Source of the DNA: Candidatus Bathyarchaeia archaeon
GTDB taxonomy: Archaea; Thermoproteota; Bathyarchaeia; 40CM-2-53-6
Direction of reading: 5' to 3'
NCBI GenBank assembly: GCA_049517415.1
Contig: JBEKSC010000019.1
Coordinates: forward strand, 1-55,145
Length of the DNA: 55,145 nucleotides
Each line of letters starts with the position of its first letter. The stretch's first letter is position 1. The notes under the pieces are model-generated. The model saw only the letters and a list, made by a program, of their open reading frames with translations, made no database searches and was not told where the DNA came from. Below are positions 51,213 to 55,145 of the stretch, piece after piece. The position numbers were made by a program, and so were the translations under genes.

Positions 51213-51371
51213 TTGAAGATAATCGGTAGTTCAGCGTCAGACACCCTTACTGCTAAGGTAGTGCGTGGGCTCGGGACGAATTCACTGAAGCTGGAAATCA
51301 AGAAATTTCCAGACGGAGAGAGAAATACGTCACTGATCCTGGAACAGATCAAGAAGGAAGGGTTTAGGTGA
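51213..51371 (+). pseudogene. prs: Ribose-phosphate pyrophosphokinase remnant
   Basis: MKIIGSSAS..L..KV...LG......EIKKFPDGE; an extra AG shifts the following KYV; nearly the whole gene is deleted. Confidence 0.75.
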
Positions 51372-52357
51372 AACTCCCTGACGAAGCGGACAGAATAGCC
51401 GACGGCATAAGAAGCATGCGCATCCGCGGCGCAGGTCTAATTGCACGCTCCGCGGTGGAAGCGCTCCAAATAGTGGCTCAAGATTCAAAGGCAAATGACA
51501 TCGAGAGCTTCATCAACGAACTAACGGACGCCGCCAGAATCCTGCTGCAAACTAGGCCGACAGCAGTTTCACTGCCAAATGGGATCAGGTACGTGATGCA
51601 CAGAGTCAATGCTGCACGAAACCGAGCAGGCTCAATCGAGGAGATTAGAGCTATTGCCACAAGAGCCGCGGAGGAGTTCATTGAGAACGCCAAGACCGCT
51701 GTTCAGAGGATCGGTGAGATCGGGGCGAGGAGGATTCGTGATGGTGATGTTCTTCTAACGCACTGTAATAGCGGGGCCGCTATTGAGATTATGAAAACTG
51801 CTTGGAAGGAAGGTAGAAAGTTCAAAGTTCTCGTCACTGAGACCCGGCCTAGATTCCAGGGCCATATTACTGCTCGGGAACTCGCCAAGGCAGGGATACC
51901 GGTCACCCTGATCTTGGATGATGCAGTCAGATACTTCATGCAGCTTGTTGACAAAGTCATCGTCGGTGCAGATGCGATCACGGCTAATGGCGCATTGGTG
52001 AACAAGATTGGGACTTCAATGGTTGCACTCGCTGCGCATGAAGCTCGAGTGCGCGTGTTTGTGGCGGCTGAAACCTACAAGTTCAGCCCCGAAACCATGA
52101 TTGGAGAACTGGTCACGATTGAGGAGCGGGATCCCTCCGAAATAATCTCGGATGAACAGCGAAGGCGAATAGGATCAATCAAGGTTCTGAATCCCTCCTT
52201 CGACGTGACCCCCGCTGAGTACATAGACCTGATAATAACCGAACGCGGAATAATCCCGCCACTCGGGGCCATACTGATTCTGGAAGAGGTATTCGGAGTT
52301 CTCACTCCCGAAGAACTTCGCGAATACCAAACCTACTCGCTGGAGGAAGAAGCTTAG
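51368..52357 (+). CDS. Ribose-1,5-bisphosphate isomerase (eIF2B family)
   Basis: IRGAG.IA, TRPTAVSL.N, THCNS, ETRP, VGADAI, NKIGT. Confidence 0.9.
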   Translation: MKLPDEADRIADGIRSMRIRGAGLIARSAVEALQIVAQDSKANDIESFINELTDAARILLQTRPTAVSLPNGIRYVMHRVNAARNRAGSIEEIRAIATRAAEEFIENAKTAVQRIGEIGARRIRDGDVLLTHCNSGAAIEIMKTAWKEGRKFKVLVTETRPRFQGHITARELAKAGIPVTLILDDAVRYFMQLVDKVIVGADAITANGALVNKIGTSMVALAAHEARVRVFVAAETYKFSPETMIGELVTIEERDPSEIISDEQRRRIGSIKVLNPSFDVTPAEYIDLIITERGIIPPLGAILILEEVFGVLTPEELREYQTYSLEEEA

Positions 52358-52405
52358 CCAAGTCGGTGCATCTTCGACAAACCACGGGAGCAGGCCCGGG
52401 TCGAA

Positions 52406-52580
52406 TGGTGGGGCGGGAGGGAATATCATGACCTTCCCGGTCATTTTGAACCCTCGATCACCGGTGTACTCGCTGTTCAGTATTTTTGGTCCCGAGACCG
52501 GTTTCAAGGCGAACTGTATTCGCTATCTTAGACCAAGTTGTCCCCACGATGGGTAGACTCGTGGCCTGGACCACCGCCCC
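52406..52580 (-). tRNA. tRNA-Pro(CGG) with four introns (15/16, 25/26, 37/38, 59/60)
   Basis: Removing 52538-52565, 52503-52524, 52467-52490 and 52423-52444 gives GGGGCGGUGGUCCAGCUUGGUCUAAGAUACCGGUCUCGGGCACCGGUGAUCGAGGGUUCAAAUCCCUCCCGCCCCACCA (79 nt, G37, encoded CCA). Confidence 0.9.
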
Positions 52581-52606
52581 TAGGCCAAGTAGGGACAGGC
52601 CACTCG

Positions 52607-52612
52607 CTTAAA
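52607..52612 (-). promoter_or_regulatory. Putative TATA box for tRNA-Pro
   Basis: TTTAAG about 27 nt upstream of G1. Confidence 0.55.
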
Positions 52613-52616
52613 TGCT

Positions 52617-53132
52617 TCACAGCCTGATCTTTGGCTTAACCGCAAACTTATCGGAAGAGCTTTCCCTTTTCCTGCGGATGTAACCTAGGTATTCGAAGGC
52701 GATTAACGCCGAATTGCGCACGTCCTCGTCTTCATCTTCAATCGCCTTCTTCAGATCGGGAATCACTTCATCGTCGCCTATGGAACTCAATGCTACAGCT
52801 GATTCGTGTCGAACGATTGGGCTCTCGTCATGAAGCATCGCCTCAACCAATGCGGGTACCGCAGAACGGTAACCCAACTGGCTCAGGGTAAACGCAGCCT
52901 CATGCCTTGTAAGCGGGCTTACATCTTCTGCGAGGACCATACACAATGACTCCACCATTTCCTCGCTTCCAATGTGCTCAAGCATACAGACTGAGTGGAC
53001 GCGCAGTAGGAGAGGGAGCCCCTTCGAGTTTTGGAGAAAAGATTTGAAGAATGAAAGGTCCTTTCTTTCGAACGCATCTTCCAATTTCGCTAGTATCGTG
53101 TAATCGTCGTCCCGCATTCGCATTTCATCCAT
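52617..53132 (-). CDS. HEAT/PBS-lyase repeat protein with two His-Glu motifs (DOHH-like)
   Basis: PLTRHEAAFTLSQLG, PIVRHESAVALSSIG. Confidence 0.8.
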   Translation of the reverse strand: MDEMRMRDDDYTILAKLEDAFERKDLSFFKSFLQNSKGLPLLLRVHSVCMLEHIGSEEMVESLCMVLAEDVSPLTRHEAAFTLSQLGYRSAVPALVEAMLHDESPIVRHESAVALSSIGDDEVIPDLKKAIEDEDEDVRNSALIAFEYLGYIRRKRESSSDKFAVKPKIRL

Positions 53133-53309
53133 TACCAATCCACCCGCGCAAGATTGAAAACCCTCGCATATTGAGCTAAGATAAGGATTCTCAATCATGG
53201 TAGGTGCGGAAATTTCGGGTTTCTTCGAAGGAATCACGCATAACTACAATTTTTTAAACATCGATTCATGCCTATAGTGGTTGCGAGCCACCTTCTAGGC
53301 GGTAATTGT

Positions 53310-55145
53310 TTGCTTCGTTCATCGGAGAGAGTCGGTGCGGGCATCTTCGATGCCGCGTCTGCCCCTGTTCGACTACAGATTTTGCGACTTCTATCAACGA
53401 AGGGCTCCCTTCAGTATACCGAGATAATGTTCCAACTCAAACTCGACCCTGTGCGCGACGCTGGGAAGTTTGTTTACCATCTCCGAAGCCTAACGGACAC
53501 TGGCCTAGTCACACTTGAGAAGAAAACGAAACGGTATGAAGTCACTGAACTCGGCCGAATGATTGTTTCCTTCGCCAGAGATTTGGATGAATATGTAAAT
53601 GTAAAGCGCGGAAAACTATACGTCAGATCTTCCAGGCTTGCCATAGAGGAATTTCACAGGAACAAGATCGCAAAATCACTGGTTGTCGAAGCCGGTGTCC
53701 CACAAGAGATTGCGGATGAGATAGCCGCTGAGGCTGAGGATAGGCTGATCAGGTTGAAGACAACTTATCTCACGGCACCCCTAATTCGCGAGTTCGTTAA
53801 TGCGATCTTAATTGAAAAGAAGCTGGAAGAGTACCGCCACAAGCTCGCAAGACTCGGTATGCCAGTGTACGATGTTGACCAACTCATCAAAACTGCGGGT
53901 GATAAACAACTTGGCGCGGGGTTTGTGCAACGTTCCTCGGCAAGATCGGTTCTATCGGAATATGTTTTGCTCAATTGCCTTCCCCACAAACTGGCGGACG
54001 CCCACCTATCAGGCGAAATTCACATAGCAAATTTGGAAAATTGGATTCTCACGCCAAATGAGATAATCCACGACATTCGCTACTTCCTCAAAAACAGTCT
54101 ACACGGAATGTTGCCGCCTGATTCATTTGAGGCGGCACTTACCCTAGTCCGTCAAGTGTTAGAAATCGGCGGGGGTGAGGTTTCGGGTGAGCAGACACTT
54201 GAGTTCTTCAACACTTTTCTATCCCCATACGTTCGAGGAAGAACGGCCGGGGATATTTCAAATGGGCTGTACTATTTTCTCACTTCAATGCGGAGGGATA
54301 TCCCTTCAGGTAGCCCTCAAGCCGGCATTTCAATCTCAGTCGACTTGATCGCCCCCGAATTCATTTTGCAGGAAGACGCGATCGGTCTAGGGGGTAAAGC
54401 TGCAGGAAAGTATTCAGACTATGGTGAGGAAAGCCGCCTGTTGGCGGCTGCGACAATCGAAGCCTTTCAGAAAATGTCGCAATCGAGACCCCCCATTCTC
54501 CCCCACCTGCTCGTAAGGGTTAGGCGTAAGACGCTAAGTGATGAGCGGGCAAGAGCCATTCTTGAGAAAGCGCACGAATTATCGGTCCAACGCAGCATAC
54601 CCATGTTTCAGCTCAGCGGAGATGGAGAGAAGAGCAGTTACTCCGCTACAGGGCTCAGGCTGGGCGATGAATGGACCAACCACTGGGATGCTGATTGCGT
54701 CAGGACCGGCAGCATGGACACCATCTTCCTGAATCTGCCTAGGATTGCCTACCAAGCGAAAAAGAACGATGAAAAATTCTCAGCACTACTCAGGGAAACG
54801 GTCTCGCTCACCGTTGAAGGTTTCAAAGTCAAGAAAAAATTCGTCAATGAACGTATGAAGCAACCTCTTCTGCACCTATTGGCAGGGGAGAGCGGGACCG
54901 CACCTTACTTTTACGAGAAGAATTCGTCGTACAATCTCTCATTCATTGGCTTGAATGAAGCCGTTGAAGCCCACACTGGACTTAAGATGGAACGGGATAG
55001 GGCGGCGGCCGACTTCGGCTTAAAGATAATTCAGGAAATTTCGAAGCTGCTGAAGTCTGCTTCGGAGGAATCAGAAATGCGCATCACCGCTTCGCAAAGG
55101 CCTGGAGACGAAGCCGCAGGTAGGCTCGCAGAACTTGACATCGAA
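53310..55145 (+). CDS. ArsR-type wHTH + ATP-cone + class III ribonucleotide reductase (NrdD)-like protein, runs off the window
   Basis: RLQILRLL..DAGKFVYHLRSL; VRSSRLAIEEF..KI..SL..EA; LTAPLIRE; RLGMPVYD; AHLSGEIHI; RTG..LNLPRIA; GLNEAV. Frame checked at both ends; start uncertain. Confidence 0.85.
   Translation, partial: MLRSSERVGAGIFDAASAPVRLQILRLLSTKGSLQYTEIMFQLKLDPVRDAGKFVYHLRSLTDTGLVTLEKKTKRYEVTELGRMIVSFARDLDEYVNVKRGKLYVRSSRLAIEEFHRNKIAKSLVVEAGVPQEIADEIAAEAEDRLIRLKTTYLTAPLIREFVNAILIEKKLEEYRHKLARLGMPVYDVDQLIKTAGDKQLGAGFVQRSSARSVLSEYVLLNCLPHKLADAHLSGEIHIANLENWILTPNEIIHDIRYFLKNSLHGMLPPDSFEAALTLVRQVLEIGGGEVSGEQTLEFFNTFLSPYVRGRTAGDISNGLYYFLTSMRRDIPSGSPQAGISISVDLIAPEFILQEDAIGLGGKAAGKYSDYGEESRLLAAATIEAFQKMSQSRPPILPHLLVRVRRKTLSDERARAILEKAHELSVQRSIPMFQLSGDGEKSSYSATGLRLGDEWTNHWDADCVRTGSMDTIFLNLPRIAYQAKKNDEKFSALLRETVSLTVEGFKVKKKFVNERMKQPLLHLLAGESGTAPYFYEKNSSYNLSFIGLNEAVEAHTGLKMERDRAAADFGLKIIQEISKLLKSASEESEMRITASQRPGDEAAGRLAELDIE

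Noticed and set aside
52360..52610. GC-rich structured region first suspected to be SRP RNA
   Set aside because: No SRP helix-8 motif; fully explained by the four-intron tRNA-Pro

Overview
Archaeal (TACK, most likely Bathyarchaeia-like; inferred from the 16S and gene content) chromosomal window. It holds a minus-strand 16S rRNA gene with a 48-nt bulge-helix-bulge (BHB) intron at E. coli position 908, hutI/hutU, a rhomboid protease, and RNase P RNA followed by a small AT-rich island (CcdA-like, HEPN-like, 2x HTH). Next come three KaiC-like ATPases and a ~20-kb type IV pilus region (prepilin peptidase, ATPase, two TadC, six class III pilins, three of them tandem mosaic paralogs) facing a TackOD1/HerA/KaiC/TackOD1/pilin operon. 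The rest includes tsr3, nnr, tiaS, a G1 peptidase, a nucleoside/pentose-bisphosphate cluster with deoC and prs remnants and two eIF2B-family paralogs, a DOHH-like HEAT protein, and a wHTH-fused NrdD homolog lacking its catalytic Cys. The standout is two tRNA genes hidden in apparent intergenic DNA, tRNA-iMet(CAU) at 42131-42277 and tRNA-Pro(CGG) at 52406-52580. Each is interrupted by FOUR BHB-type introns and splices on paper to a normal 79-nt cloverleaf. All calls are by eye from sequence and motifs; no searches were run.
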